A DNA stretch of 64,000 bases, taken from sequence record NC_048170.1. One strand, written 5' to 3'. Of the stretch, positions 29,597 to 39,751 are shown in pieces; positions within the stretch are counted from its first letter, which is position 1; each line of letters starts with the position of its first letter. Position numbers and translations under genes: made by a program. A model generated the notes under the pieces. That model made no database searches, was not told the DNA's origin, and worked only from the letters and a program-made list of their open reading frames with translations.

Positions 29597-31765
29597 TTAG
29601 CTTTCGCAGTCATCTGCGTCGATGATTTGTCCGCCAGCAACGTTCAGCTGATGATACAGAATCCTCAACGCACGGTTGCCACCAATGGGATACTTCTCGA
29701 AGTTGGTTGCAATAGGAATCGCTGACGGCTTATCGGTCGCATAGATACTTTCAGTGATGCTATCCACCTGTTTTGGATTGTTCGCATAATCCATAAAGAC
29801 GCTTGCGAACCATCCGCCAGCAAAGGCGGTAACTTCGCGATGTTCAGATTCGCCACAGTAACGAGTTGGTTGCTCTTTACCCGGAGAACTGTATTTATCG
29901 CTATTACTGAGTTTCGACGGTAATCCATGCGCTTGCAATTTAGGAATACCCACAGCCGACCAATCGTTCGCCGTCTTCTCCAACATCATGATGTACGTGT
30001 CACCGATCGCAATATCGTTCTTGGTTGTCCGCCACTGCCCAGAACGCCCACGGTATCGTACAGGACCTTTCTTCAACGGGAACTCACGAATCAGATTCTC
30101 CATACGTTCTGAACCTGCTGCGATACTGTCCGTCGGGATATAAACTTCCGTACCGTGGCGTTGTACATACCGTAAATGATCCCATTTATCCTCATCCGTG
30201 ATACAGTATTTTTCAACAACCTGTTCCACGAATTCAGGACTGACGATATAGTAGTAACGCATTAGTGTGTTCCAAGCGGTCTCCAGATCGCCTGCATCCA
30301 TCACTGGTTTCAGTTCACGCATGATCTGATCGCCAACACCGTTGATGTAAGGTGCATTAACACGACTTAAACTCATCCTTTTGATTACCGTGCTATCGTC
30401 AAACATAAAGTCTGCAACGTTACCCCATTGGTCAACCGGCATCTCATCATCTTCCATGATGTCGGTTACGACGAATTTATCACCCGCCATACCAGTGAAT
30501 TTAAACCCGATACCTGGAACAACGTCGTACGTGTACGTGATGGTCACACGCCAATCATCGAGATTCTCTTTGCGGTAATCGCGGGTCGGTAACACATGAC
30601 GTAGCTGTCCATTAGGATTGCGGATATCAATACCATGTTCAGCATCAGCCAGGTTCAACCACCACATCACCGTTTGATGATGACGTATCGGCGTACCAAC
30701 GCGTTCACGTTCATACTTACGAACAGCATCCTGAATTCGGGTGTAAAGCAAACCGATTGCGTTCTCGTATTTCAGGAATTGACGATACGGAGGACGCATC
30801 TTCTCTTCCATCATAATCGCACGCTCGCGGGCTTGACGTCCAGAACGACGATGCCGGTCGCTGACAACATCGATATCCGTTACACGCGCATTCGGTTCAG
30901 CGTAAGTGAGGTCATCGTAAACATAATCCACACGCTGAAGATTACACGTCATCATGTCAACAACGCTGAGGATAGGATCTATTTCGCGTGTTGCTGCAAG
31001 TAACCCATCTTTACGAATACGCTCACCGTTCTCGGGTATTGCTTGATATACCTCATCATCGCCGTAGAGATTGATTGGGTATCGCGATTTACCTGATGTG
31101 ATTGTTCGCTTCTCAATGCCGGTACTGGTGAAATGTTTCAATACACCACGACGGGCAACACCACCATCCTCGATACACTGATAGAAGCTACCGAAACACA
31201 CTTTACAATCGCGACCGTAACCCCACTCGCGTGTTTCTTGATTGATCGCTGGGCTTTCCATCAAACGAGAATATCGCGGTACGATCTGGCCTCGACGGAG
31301 GGAATGGAACAAGTTGGTTGGTCGAAAACGGAAACCGTACTGCTGATGCATGATGTGATGCTCAGGCACTTCAAGCAAGCGTAGTTCGTGGCGGTTACCA
31401 TCCTCTTGGTTTTCATACAGCACGTAATGCATCGTGTTTGTTTTGATGCTGTTTGCTGTATGCCCCGGTTGGAAACGTGGGATGATATCTATGATGCGAG
31501 ATTCGACTGGAAACTCTACTGACCAAGTGTTCTGTCCGTACTGGTATTCAATCCCCGTCGTTAGTCGGGACGGTTTCGCATCTTTGATAACCAACGCTTG
31601 GCTAAGATGTCCACCAAACATCGCAGCGCGCTGTGCTGAGTTATAATGCAATAGCCCGTTAAGTCCAGTCCCTACGCCAGTATACTCCTGTTTAATGGGA
31701 ATGATTTTACCTTCAGCGATTGCCTGCTTCACAGATTCATAAAGAGGTTTTTCTTTATAATGCAT
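29597..31765 (-). CDS. non-virion RNAP beta-like subunit, C-terminal part (phiKZ gp71-73-like), uninterrupted here
   Basis: NSAQRAAMFGGHLSQA, EDGGV, GFKFTGMAGDKFVV, YIMMLEK and GESEHR; start set at MHYKEK (AGGAAG RBS). Confidence 0.9.
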   Translation of the reverse strand: MHYKEKPLYESVKQAIAEGKIIPIKQEYTGVGTGLNGLLHYNSAQRAAMFGGHLSQALVIKDAKPSRLTTGIEYQYGQNTWSVEFPVESRIIDIIPRFQPGHTANSIKTNTMHYVLYENQEDGNRHELRLLEVPEHHIMHQQYGFRFRPTNLFHSLRRGQIVPRYSRLMESPAINQETREWGYGRDCKVCFGSFYQCIEDGGVARRGVLKHFTSTGIEKRTITSGKSRYPINLYGDDEVYQAIPENGERIRKDGLLAATREIDPILSVVDMMTCNLQRVDYVYDDLTYAEPNARVTDIDVVSDRHRRSGRQARERAIMMEEKMRPPYRQFLKYENAIGLLYTRIQDAVRKYERERVGTPIRHHQTVMWWLNLADAEHGIDIRNPNGQLRHVLPTRDYRKENLDDWRVTITYTYDVVPGIGFKFTGMAGDKFVVTDIMEDDEMPVDQWGNVADFMFDDSTVIKRMSLSRVNAPYINGVGDQIMRELKPVMDAGDLETAWNTLMRYYYIVSPEFVEQVVEKYCITDEDKWDHLRYVQRHGTEVYIPTDSIAAGSERMENLIREFPLKKGPVRYRGRSGQWRTTKNDIAIGDTYIMMLEKTANDWSAVGIPKLQAHGLPSKLSNSDKYSSPGKEQPTRYCGESEHREVTAFAGGWFASVFMDYANNPKQVDSITESIYATDKPSAIPIATNFEKYPIGGNRALRILYHQLNVAGGQIIDADDCES

Positions 31766-31796
31766 AGGACTTCCTATTATCGAATTGAGGTACGTC

Positions 31797-32150
31797 ATGT
31801 CTAACACGCCCCTGAACGACTTTCTTAAGACAAACCCCGATGACCTCATCCACGATCTTGATTTCAGGAACGTTGTTGAGATGCATCTGGAATATTTCAA
31901 AAATGCCGGACTGGTCTCTACGATAGACATACCACCCGAACGCGCCTACGAATTCGATGGTAACTTTTATGGATTGTGTCGTGTTCTGCTCGGCGAGGGT
32001 AGCGAACCAATGCACTGGATCACCCTGAGACTCAATGGTTATCGCGACCCTACGGAATACACCGCCGATGTTCTAACCATGAAGATTGTCGATACAAGCG
32101 CAATCAACACATTAAAACAACAGTACCGCACAATCCACTACAGCGCTTAA
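31797..32150 (+). CDS. small conserved protein, possibly T4 gp53/LysM-like baseplate-type fold
   Basis: GAGG RBS before ATG 31797; Y.F.G.FYGL......HWITLRLNG..DP..Y pattern. Confidence 0.55.
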   Translation: MSNTPLNDFLKTNPDDLIHDLDFRNVVEMHLEYFKNAGLVSTIDIPPERAYEFDGNFYGLCRVLLGEGSEPMHWITLRLNGYRDPTEYTADVLTMKIVDTSAINTLKQQYRTIHYSA

Positions 32151-32155
32151 GATAA

Positions 32156-32192
32156 CCCTCCCGCAACGTAAGGCGTAGGGAGGGCATTTATG
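32156..32192 (+). terminator. terminator between convergent genes
   Basis: CCCTCCC...GGGAGGG, then cATTTATGC on the plus strand. Confidence 0.6.
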
Positions 32193-32215
32193 CCGTCGTT
32201 CGATGACTTAATACA

Positions 32216-33496
32216 TCAGAAACGATTTACAGTACGTCCTGTCCACGCGCTCAGGATGTTGTTACGTTCCATCTCAGCACGACGACGTAAACCGTTTGGC
32301 GACTGCGGTGCTGGCGGCATCCCCCATCCGGCAGGTTGCATGCCCATGCCCGGCCAAGCAGCATTATTGAACATCGTACCGTTACGTTCCGCAACACGGT
32401 TCATCAACGCATCAAACGTGCTATTACCTGCCGGTTGGTTACCACCACTTTCCCACTGATTAGGTTGGACAGGTGCGGTTTTACCTAACAGGTTATCGAT
32501 CACACTGCCTGTTGCAGCAGGACGCGGTTGCATACCTTCATGTGCGGCTGCCGATGGATTTGGCTTAACCGTCGGCTGTGGACGACTGTTCAGCGTTACA
32601 CCCATGTTGTATTTCGCTGGCGGAATCTGACCACGATGCTGATTAATCGGTTCAAAATCCTCGACCCAGGTAACATCGCAATAACCGTTCTCTTTACCGT
32701 CGTACTTATCACCAAACAGTTTGATGAGATTGTTCAGCGGTTCCATCAGCTTAGCGAAGCTGTGGATAAGACAGTCGAAATACGGAGCATGGGGATCGCT
32801 TGACCCAGCGTTGTACGTTTCGCTTACTTCACCCGCGTGCGGGATAACATACTCAACCAGGTTTCTCAGCATGTTAAGATCTTTCTTGGAAATCTCAACA
32901 CCACACCAATACGTTTTCTTATCTTTCGTGCTGATGTGTTCTTCTTCCATGAACGGGAAAGTAACGACCGCAACGCGGGTCATCTTCTTACCCATGTAGG
33001 TTGCACCAGTACGACGAAGATAAATTTTGGACAGCGTATACGGCGTATCACGTTTCAGCCAAACGGTGACCAGTTTGCCCAGGGTCGTTAGTGTTTTATC
33101 GCTGGCGTCCGCAAGGATGTTGAAGAACTCTTTTTGCTTCGGCCCGAAACGTTTTGCTTCTTTAGGATTGATTGCGGTTTCAACCATCCAAATCAGCATG
33201 GAGCATAGCGTGGCATTAAAACGAACAACCATCGCACGACGCAGGAACTGAAGGACTTCCGATTCGCCGTTCATCACGTCTTCACTTAGCGGATGGAACA
33301 ACACGCGTTCAGCTAACTGATTTCCGGTACGAACTTCAGAAACCGGCATCAACAACGGCATGCTTTCCACGGTAGCGGCAACTGCAACAACTTTACCATC
33401 CCCATCCGTAAAACGATATTCTAATTCGTGGGCGTCATTCTCAAAATAGTTAACGCTCTGTAGTGCTTTGCGATAAGCTTCGATAAGCTTCGACAT
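32216..33496 (-). CDS. conserved chimallivirus core protein (phiKZ gp70-like position)
   Basis: 426 aa; FHPLSED...GES motif; low-complexity C-terminus; synteny. Confidence 0.6.
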   Translation of the reverse strand: MSKLIEAYRKALQSVNYFENDAHELEYRFTDGDGKVVAVAATVESMPLLMPVSEVRTGNQLAERVLFHPLSEDVMNGESEVLQFLRRAMVVRFNATLCSMLIWMVETAINPKEAKRFGPKQKEFFNILADASDKTLTTLGKLVTVWLKRDTPYTLSKIYLRRTGATYMGKKMTRVAVVTFPFMEEEHISTKDKKTYWCGVEISKKDLNMLRNLVEYVIPHAGEVSETYNAGSSDPHAPYFDCLIHSFAKLMEPLNNLIKLFGDKYDGKENGYCDVTWVEDFEPINQHRGQIPPAKYNMGVTLNSRPQPTVKPNPSAAAHEGMQPRPAATGSVIDNLLGKTAPVQPNQWESGGNQPAGNSTFDALMNRVAERNGTMFNNAAWPGMGMQPAGWGMPPAPQSPNGLRRRAEMERNNILSAWTGRTVNRF

Positions 33497-33551
33497 ATTG
33501 TATTTCCTTTTCTTTACGTCAACGGTCCCCCTACAACAGGGGACCTATGGA

Positions 33552-35138
33552 TTAGAAGTTGCCTTTGGTAGTTACCGCATCCACCAGGTTAAACAAATCA
33601 ACACTCAGCTTATACACCTCCTGCTGGCTACGGTTGAGCAGCGGGCTGTATGCGGATGGGTTGATGTTCGGCATGGTGTACGGAATAGGTGCAGAGCCGT
33701 CAACGCTGATCTTGAACTGGCTGTCCAGGAACAGGTTAATCGCGCCGCTCACCATAACCGCATTCGGGTTGTTACCCAACATGGAGGGTAGGATATTGGT
33801 AATCATGTCAGAACGCATTTGTTCAGCAGCACGGTTACAATCGTATCCTTTAATGAACGGTACAGCGTCGGTAACCGCAACCGCCCACTGACCAGGCATG
33901 ATACCGAGTTCTGGGTGACCATGGTTGTCAGCAATGAAACGGAACGACTCCAACATGCGATACGTCATCGCAGCAGGCATCATCGCAGCAAGCGATGAGC
34001 AATACAGCGTTGGATAATCGATCACGTCCCAGCTCTGGCTGTCGGTCGGCATCCAACCAAACTCGGTGGTTGCTGATGTACCACGACGAGCTTCCACATA
34101 CGGGAATAACGTTAAGACGTCACGGATATGTTCACCGAACATCCGTTTCATGTCAGCCCAACTCAGGCTGCCGCTGAAAGCGAATCCTTCATCACGCATA
34201 ATCGCACCGAATACCGGATGTGCAACCAGCGGTTCTTCACGAACAGCTTGAGCGGCTTCTACGTAAATATCCTCGTTCTCTGCGCTACCTGGATGAGACC
34301 CGCTTTCGTACGTCTGACGAATAGCCCCAACATTATCGAAGGCTTTTCTCAGATAGATGGTTGGGATGTTCGTATCGGCACTAGCTGGTTTGATTTTCTC
34401 TGTTGCGAAACACATTGCTGCTTCCACACCACGGAAAACCGGTTCCGGTTGCGGTGGGTAGGATGTACGATGAACCACGTCAGCGTAGGCGGGATCGAAC
34501 TGCTGCATTACGTTCTGCATGGCTGGGTCCATGAACTGGTTATCAAAACCACCATTGCCCACCCAACGTGCTGTCGATGCATAAGTCAGCGTATCCTGAA
34601 CACGAGTACTGAACTGAACATCGCGATTAACAGGGTCGTACGCACCGGTCAAAAGGTTCGTTGCGTCCATCGGGGTCGCGCGAACGATTTGCTTACCGAA
34701 CATGTCCGTTGTGGTTGTTTCGGTTACCTGGATTACGTTCGTGAAGAAGAACACCAGTTCATTCGGCAGATCGATAGCACGCGTTGTAAACGCATCGAGG
34801 CTTACAGAATGGTCGGTGTATCCAGAAATGTAATGGACACGCTTGGTTCCTGGTGCAAGGGCCAAGGATTCTTCTACAGCCATCATGAAATGGAAACGAC
34901 GTGTGCCCCAACCATTCGCAATCTCCGAAACCCCCTCAGGTTCTGCAGACTGCTGCAACAAACCGGTTGCAAGCTTATTGATTGCTGATGGTGTTGTTGC
35001 CGTACCGAACCGCGTCGTGTTAATAAAGTCTTCGATGCTACGCATGCTATCTGCGTGGAATCGTAGTGGACGACGTTGTACGTTGTTGTACGGTGCGGTT
35101 TCAACCATCAGTATTTCACGAACATTCATCGGGATCAT
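33552..35138 (-). CDS. picA: putative phage-nucleus protein import factor PicA/Imp1 (phiKZ gp69-like)
   Basis: Synteny only: directly downstream of the gp68-like subunit and upstream of gp70/71; size is compatible. Confidence 0.6.
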   Translation of the reverse strand: MIPMNVREILMVETAPYNNVQRRPLRFHADSMRSIEDFINTTRFGTATTPSAINKLATGLLQQSAEPEGVSEIANGWGTRRFHFMMAVEESLALAPGTKRVHYISGYTDHSVSLDAFTTRAIDLPNELVFFFTNVIQVTETTTTDMFGKQIVRATPMDATNLLTGAYDPVNRDVQFSTRVQDTLTYASTARWVGNGGFDNQFMDPAMQNVMQQFDPAYADVVHRTSYPPQPEPVFRGVEAAMCFATEKIKPASADTNIPTIYLRKAFDNVGAIRQTYESGSHPGSAENEDIYVEAAQAVREEPLVAHPVFGAIMRDEGFAFSGSLSWADMKRMFGEHIRDVLTLFPYVEARRGTSATTEFGWMPTDSQSWDVIDYPTLYCSSLAAMMPAAMTYRMLESFRFIADNHGHPELGIMPGQWAVAVTDAVPFIKGYDCNRAAEQMRSDMITNILPSMLGNNPNAVMVSGAINLFLDSQFKISVDGSAPIPYTMPNINPSAYSPLLNRSQQEVYKLSVDLFNLVDAVTTKGNF

Positions 35139-35139
35139 T

Positions 35140-36726
35140 TTATTTTTTTCCTCTTAAATTTACTACGTGTTCATTTAATCGAACAACTAATTGCACAAGC
35201 TGCTGACGGATATCTGCTGGACAAAGCATCAATCCTTTACGGTCAGCTGGGACTTTCTCAAGGATTTCCGGGCCTGCTGCTGAAACATCCCAGTCCCATT
35301 CACAAAACGCATCGGCCACCATGTTAATACCGACAACCGGTAAAGTTGTACGTTCATCTTCATACATGGCGTGTGGATACAATTTATTGACAGTAATGAT
35401 CTCCTGTGGTTTTAATTGGTGGATAATCTGATAAACATCGTCGCGTTTAACCTGGATACCTACGGTCAGCGCTGCCAGTTGAGGAAAACCCCAATGGTCT
35501 AATAAGCAAGCTGCAATCGCTAACGCTTTTGCTTGATGCACGGCTTCAATCGGTGCCAGACTTCTCGCCGGAAGATGGCTATCAAGCAACCATTGTGCCA
35601 GTGCTCGGCATCCGCGGTTGATTGGTTTTAACTCAACGGTGTCATCATGTTTAGCGTACGTGTATCCGTCGTAACGTTTTGCGATACGCGCATACATGTC
35701 TTCAACTTTACCGTAAGGTGCTGTTTCGTCGACGTCGTGTAACACACGTTCCATCTGGGTAAGATACGCGATGTCAAGAATGAGTACACGCGGTGAACGT
35801 TTATCTTTCACCATCAACGCATCAATCACGCCTTGACTGTCTTCATCTTGCGCGTTCCCTCGTGGGGTTTTCTCACGAATCGGTCCGCTGAAACGTCGTT
35901 CCGTACAAAGGTTATTCACGTAGCTAAAGATCAGTGTTACCAGATGCGTACAACTCACCAACACCCCATCTTTAACGACAGGCTGTACGGCTTGGTCCAA
36001 ATCGCGTACGGCGAGACGGCGGACGATGGCTTGTGAACGCAACCAGCCGGGCACTTTCTCCGTCGACATGTAATCCACGGTCATCGACAGCGTGATCTTT
36101 TTATCACCCGTCTGTGCGCGGATATAGTCTTCCAGTCGGTCGTAAGCGGCGATATCATGAATGCATGTTTTATACATCAACGACATAGCCACTTCTTCTT
36201 TACGGACTGTCCCGTACGTTTTCCCTGCGTCAATCAGAAACTCCGCCCAAATCGGCACCATCAGACGGACGTAGATCGCTAACGCCGTTAACTCAACGTA
36301 ATCATTTCGTAAATAGGTTTTCTCAGGTATGTCATCCTCACCTAATGTTGTTTTCATGTCCGGTGGTAATTTTACCCAACCTGGGGTATTACACAACGCC
36401 AGAATCTCTTCATACACAACCGGTTTGTAAATTTCACCAACAGCGCGACTCAACTCCTCCATTTGTTGTTGTGGAGCAATGTAGTTATCCATCGCTTCAC
36501 GTGCTTTAACGAACCCTTCGAAGATGTCGTCAATTCGACGTGGGTTCTTTTGTTCTATCCAGGCGAGATACTTGTTAATCTCCCGCATCTGATTGCTAGC
36601 CATATCCCCATCAATCTTGATGTAACCCTGGCCTGAAAATTCCACAGTACGTCCATCACGATGTTTGATGAGATAGTGATCCAGCTTTTCTTTTCCTTGC
36701 GTCGTAATGACGGGCACTATGTGCAT
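35140..36726 (-). CDS. non-virion RNAP specificity (sigma-like) subunit, phiKZ gp68-like
   Basis: Synteny; about 528 aa; start set at MHIVPV (AAGAGG RBS). Confidence 0.65.
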   Translation of the reverse strand: MHIVPVITTQGKEKLDHYLIKHRDGRTVEFSGQGYIKIDGDMASNQMREINKYLAWIEQKNPRRIDDIFEGFVKAREAMDNYIAPQQQMEELSRAVGEIYKPVVYEEILALCNTPGWVKLPPDMKTTLGEDDIPEKTYLRNDYVELTALAIYVRLMVPIWAEFLIDAGKTYGTVRKEEVAMSLMYKTCIHDIAAYDRLEDYIRAQTGDKKITLSMTVDYMSTEKVPGWLRSQAIVRRLAVRDLDQAVQPVVKDGVLVSCTHLVTLIFSYVNNLCTERRFSGPIREKTPRGNAQDEDSQGVIDALMVKDKRSPRVLILDIAYLTQMERVLHDVDETAPYGKVEDMYARIAKRYDGYTYAKHDDTVELKPINRGCRALAQWLLDSHLPARSLAPIEAVHQAKALAIAACLLDHWGFPQLAALTVGIQVKRDDVYQIIHQLKPQEIITVNKLYPHAMYEDERTTLPVVGINMVADAFCEWDWDVSAAGPEILEKVPADRKGLMLCPADIRQQLVQLVVRLNEHVVNLRGKK

Positions 36727-36775
36727 AACAACCTCTTTTCGCGGTTCCCTGTTAAAACGTCTTCTGTGACGTCTA

Positions 36776-36800
36776 CCACAAAGGTAATATAAGCGTGAAT
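36776..36800 (-). promoter_or_regulatory. putative early promoter (copy 4)
   Basis: ATTCACGCTTATATTACCTTTGTGG; 18/25 identical to the 25-mer at 18785; 50 nt upstream of the gp68-like start. Confidence 0.6.
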
Positions 36801-36814
36801 AATTTTGGATTCCG

Positions 36815-36928
36815 GCTGAGTTATCGCTCAGCATGCAAGGCATCCCGCCGAAGCGAGACACCTTGCACTAACGGAAAATATTCGCGTTACCTTCTGAATC
36901 GAAGACTCAGAATGCGATGCTAAAGCAT
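36815..36928 (-). other. cluster of consecutive RNA hairpins 3' of the putative chmC gene
   Basis: 8-bp stem (CUUCG loop), 15-bp stem with C(UUCG)G and 6-bp stem; no U tract. Confidence 0.5.
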
Positions 36929-36930
36929 TA

Positions 36931-37719
36931 TTAGAACGCTAAGCCATCAAAGGCTACGGACGGATCATCATCGTCGTTTGCGCTTGGCGCATCCCAACGG
37001 GTATCAGGGGCCGCTGAAGCCGAACTTGATGCGTTAGAGTTACCGTTGTACTGGCCGTTACCAGCATTACGGTTACCGCCGCCGTTGTTATTGTTACGGT
37101 TATAGCTATTGTTGCCATTACTTACGCTACGGCTTTCACCGTCGAAATTGGTTGCGAGGATGCTCGGCAACACCGCACGATGAATACGTACAAATTCCAA
37201 CGCACAAAGCGGAGAAACAACCCCGATCTGTAAAGGTTGCCCAGACTCATCAACCAGAGCGTGGAAGCGCGGTGGCTTGAATACGAATTGGATGTTCGGT
37301 TTTTGGTACGCCGTTACAGCGATATATACCGAACCATCATCGTTCTTACCAACCCATGTTGTACTTTCGGTAATCTGTTTCTTCTTACCTGGGTTATTGC
37401 GATCGTCGATAACCTTTTCGTTCTTCATCGCAAAACGTTGGCCTGGTTTACCCTTAGCAACCTGCTCGAGGATCGCAAGCAGGTTATAGAACGCGTATGA
37501 GCTCATGCGTGCCCAAATGCTTTCAGCGCGACCCTGCTGGTCTTTACGACCGGTGTAAACCGTGATACGCGGTTGATTCTTAGCAACGCTAATTTTCAAT
37601 GAGGGGATTGAATTACCGCCCTCAACCTTTTCGTCCGCCCACAGTTTCCAGTTGTTGTCGTCATACGCTGTAGGAATAATGTTTCCTTGTGGTTTACTGC
37701 CCGAATTCCAATTGCTCAT
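36931..37719 (-). CDS. chmC: putative ChmC nucleus-associated RNA-binding protein (Whirly-like core, N/G-rich disordered tail)
   Basis: Two genes upstream of putative picA; beta-rich core plus NNNNGGGNRNAGNG...DDDD low-complexity tail. Confidence 0.6.
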   Translation of the reverse strand: MSNWNSGSKPQGNIIPTAYDDNNWKLWADEKVEGGNSIPSLKISVAKNQPRITVYTGRKDQQGRAESIWARMSSYAFYNLLAILEQVAKGKPGQRFAMKNEKVIDDRNNPGKKKQITESTTWVGKNDDGSVYIAVTAYQKPNIQFVFKPPRFHALVDESGQPLQIGVVSPLCALEFVRIHRAVLPSILATNFDGESRSVSNGNNSYNRNNNNGGGNRNAGNGQYNGNSNASSSASAAPDTRWDAPSANDDDDPSVAFDGLAF

Positions 37720-37791
37720 TTTCAGCCTCGTTACGTAGTTGAATCAATTTCTGGTTCAGATGATAGTTAATATTAGTTAAAAATTACAGCC

Positions 37792-38589
37792 TCAGCGGAA
37801 CATGTCCAACAGAAAACGTTTTGCAAAGGGGTCGCGTAACTGGTTGACACCGAAGCGTGTACGGTCTTCCGTTGTTAATGGATTCCACTGACTCTGTTTC
37901 GCAAGATCTAACAGCATCCTTTTTATTTTCACCGGCCCACTGTTAAACTGTACGGCTTGGTCACCGAACGTTCCCAAGGTCATCTTTGTAAATGGAAGAT
38001 TCGCAACCTCTGGACGATCCCCACCAGTAAGTTTAGTCGACCACTGATGTTTTCGTTTCAAGGTTCCGGTATGGCTCTCTACCAAAATAAGTTCACCAAA
38101 ACCGGTTCTTGCCAACAAGTCAGAAACATAGTGCGTGGTGATATACGATGTCTTGGTTATCGCGGGTAATTTACAATCCATCGATTCGATATTAGGGAGT
38201 CGATCTACAGACGCCATCAACCCACGATAAAGTGTAGCGAGTCCTTTTTGTTTTTCGGTGTGTGGCTCCTTATGTATAGCGTGCGGATAAACACGCTTTA
38301 TTGACGCATAGGTTGGCGCATATATCCGCAAGCGAATGTGGGGAACGAGTTCATTCACCAACTGTCTTAGCTGCAGTAACTCGTTTTGAAAATCCCCTGT
38401 TATCATCGATAACGGTAATTTATGTTGTTCAACGTCTTCAAAGCTTTCAACGAAATTGCGTGCTAAAGTACGCAGGTTGAACAACCAATCCATCGGTGTT
38501 TCTGGCTGTTGCTGTACTGCTGATAATGTTGCTGACGTCCCTACCGATAAAGGATAATCACCTAACGTGCGGGCGTACATATCGCTCAT
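37792..38589 (-). CDS. conserved core protein, putative 5'-3' (FEN/PIN-like) nuclease
   Basis: LFNLRTLARN, THY..DLL, ESHTG and FGD motifs; adjacent to SbcD-like gene. Confidence 0.5.
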   Translation of the reverse strand: MSDMYARTLGDYPLSVGTSATLSAVQQQPETPMDWLFNLRTLARNFVESFEDVEQHKLPLSMITGDFQNELLQLRQLVNELVPHIRLRIYAPTYASIKRVYPHAIHKEPHTEKQKGLATLYRGLMASVDRLPNIESMDCKLPAITKTSYITTHYVSDLLARTGFGELILVESHTGTLKRKHQWSTKLTGGDRPEVANLPFTKMTLGTFGDQAVQFNSGPVKIKRMLLDLAKQSQWNPLTTEDRTRFGVNQLRDPFAKRFLLDMFR

Positions 38590-38608
38590 ACCCCACAACT
38601 CCTTCTTA

Positions 38609-39751
38609 TCATGGCAACGTATCAAGCCAAGCAGAAACCTTTAAGGCATCAACGTTCGGGTATTTATTACGAATGCGTTCGACCAACAAACGCTTAACGT
38701 TGTCCTTTGTCAAGTCTCCACCTTTCTCGATAACGTTATTGACAAAACTGTTCTTTAATAGCGACTGGTTGTTCTTGGCATCCGTTTTAATTGACCAGAC
38801 AAAACCTGGATACAAAGAAGGAATAGAACGAAACGTTTTCGCCGCATCGTCTTCCTTATCGCAGCGTATTCGAATATGATCGCCCTTCTTCAGTGGAGCC
38901 AATTCCCGTTCCAACACACGGACAATTTCATCTCCAACAAGACCATGCAGTTTTATCGTCTTATAGACATCTGCTTTCTTGTTCTCAACAAATTCCCACT
39001 GGTCGTTAAACGATTCTGTTAACGTATAACGGAGATACCCCTTTGGACCTTCTTCGCCGTGCGCCAAGCGACCAAACGAACCGCCAACCATGATACGTCC
39101 TTTCTGGGATTGTAAGTGGATGTGCCCGCTCACAATCCATCCCTGGGTCTTCTCTACCATTGCGTTATACGCATCACTGCTATGAACACATGTTGCTTTT
39201 AACGCTTCTGGTGGAAGCTGATATTCGAACGCGCCATGCATCAGAATAAAGTCTGGCGATCCCTTCTCATCAATAAGTCGGTTCACGGCCGACAACGTCA
39301 CATCCGGATCGTGGCTGTAGTTATCTGGAAGATAAAGCACTTTTAAACCAAAGTCTTCATCAACCATGCAGAGGTCATCGTAATAACGAACTTTCGCTCC
39401 TATCTCCATGACCTCGTTCTGTTCAACGAACCACTGACTTTGCTTCTGGTCGTGTAAATTGGTACCCTCAAGAAAGATCAACGTAATATCGTGTTTTCTC
39501 GCATACCGTAACAACCAGGTACCCCAGGCACGAACAGCAACCACATCACTCGTCACAAATGTCGTAATACGATCGAAGACATCGCCACTGAACGTAATCA
39601 CATCAAGCAGCGCAGGATCTTCTTTTGTAATGTAATAACGCAGTTGGCTAATCAGGTTTACTGTCGGTGTTTGACGATGGATAAAGTGAATATCCGACAA
39701 ATTGATTCCACGTAATACCCCAGGCGTTTTATTTCGACTGAAGTCTCGCAT
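38609..39751 (-). CDS. SbcD/Mre11-like nuclease
   Basis: LSDIHF, SGDVFD, EGT.LHD, MHGAF and SGHIH. Confidence 0.85.
   Translation of the reverse strand: MRDFSRNKTPGVLRGINLSDIHFIHRQTPTVNLISQLRYYITKEDPALLDVITFSGDVFDRITTFVTSDVVAVRAWGTWLLRYARKHDITLIFLEGTNLHDQKQSQWFVEQNEVMEIGAKVRYYDDLCMVDEDFGLKVLYLPDNYSHDPDVTLSAVNRLIDEKGSPDFILMHGAFEYQLPPEALKATCVHSSDAYNAMVEKTQGWIVSGHIHLQSQKGRIMVGGSFGRLAHGEEGPKGYLRYTLTESFNDQWEFVENKKADVYKTIKLHGLVGDEIVRVLERELAPLKKGDHIRIRCDKEDDAAKTFRSIPSLYPGFVWSIKTDAKNNQSLLKNSFVNNVIEKGGDLTKDNVKRLLVERIRNKYPNVDALKVSAWLDTLP

Noticed and set aside
29597-31765. Possible intron in the beta-C subunit, as in phiKZ gp71-73
   Set aside because: The ORF is continuous through all motifs and no ribozyme core elements were seen.
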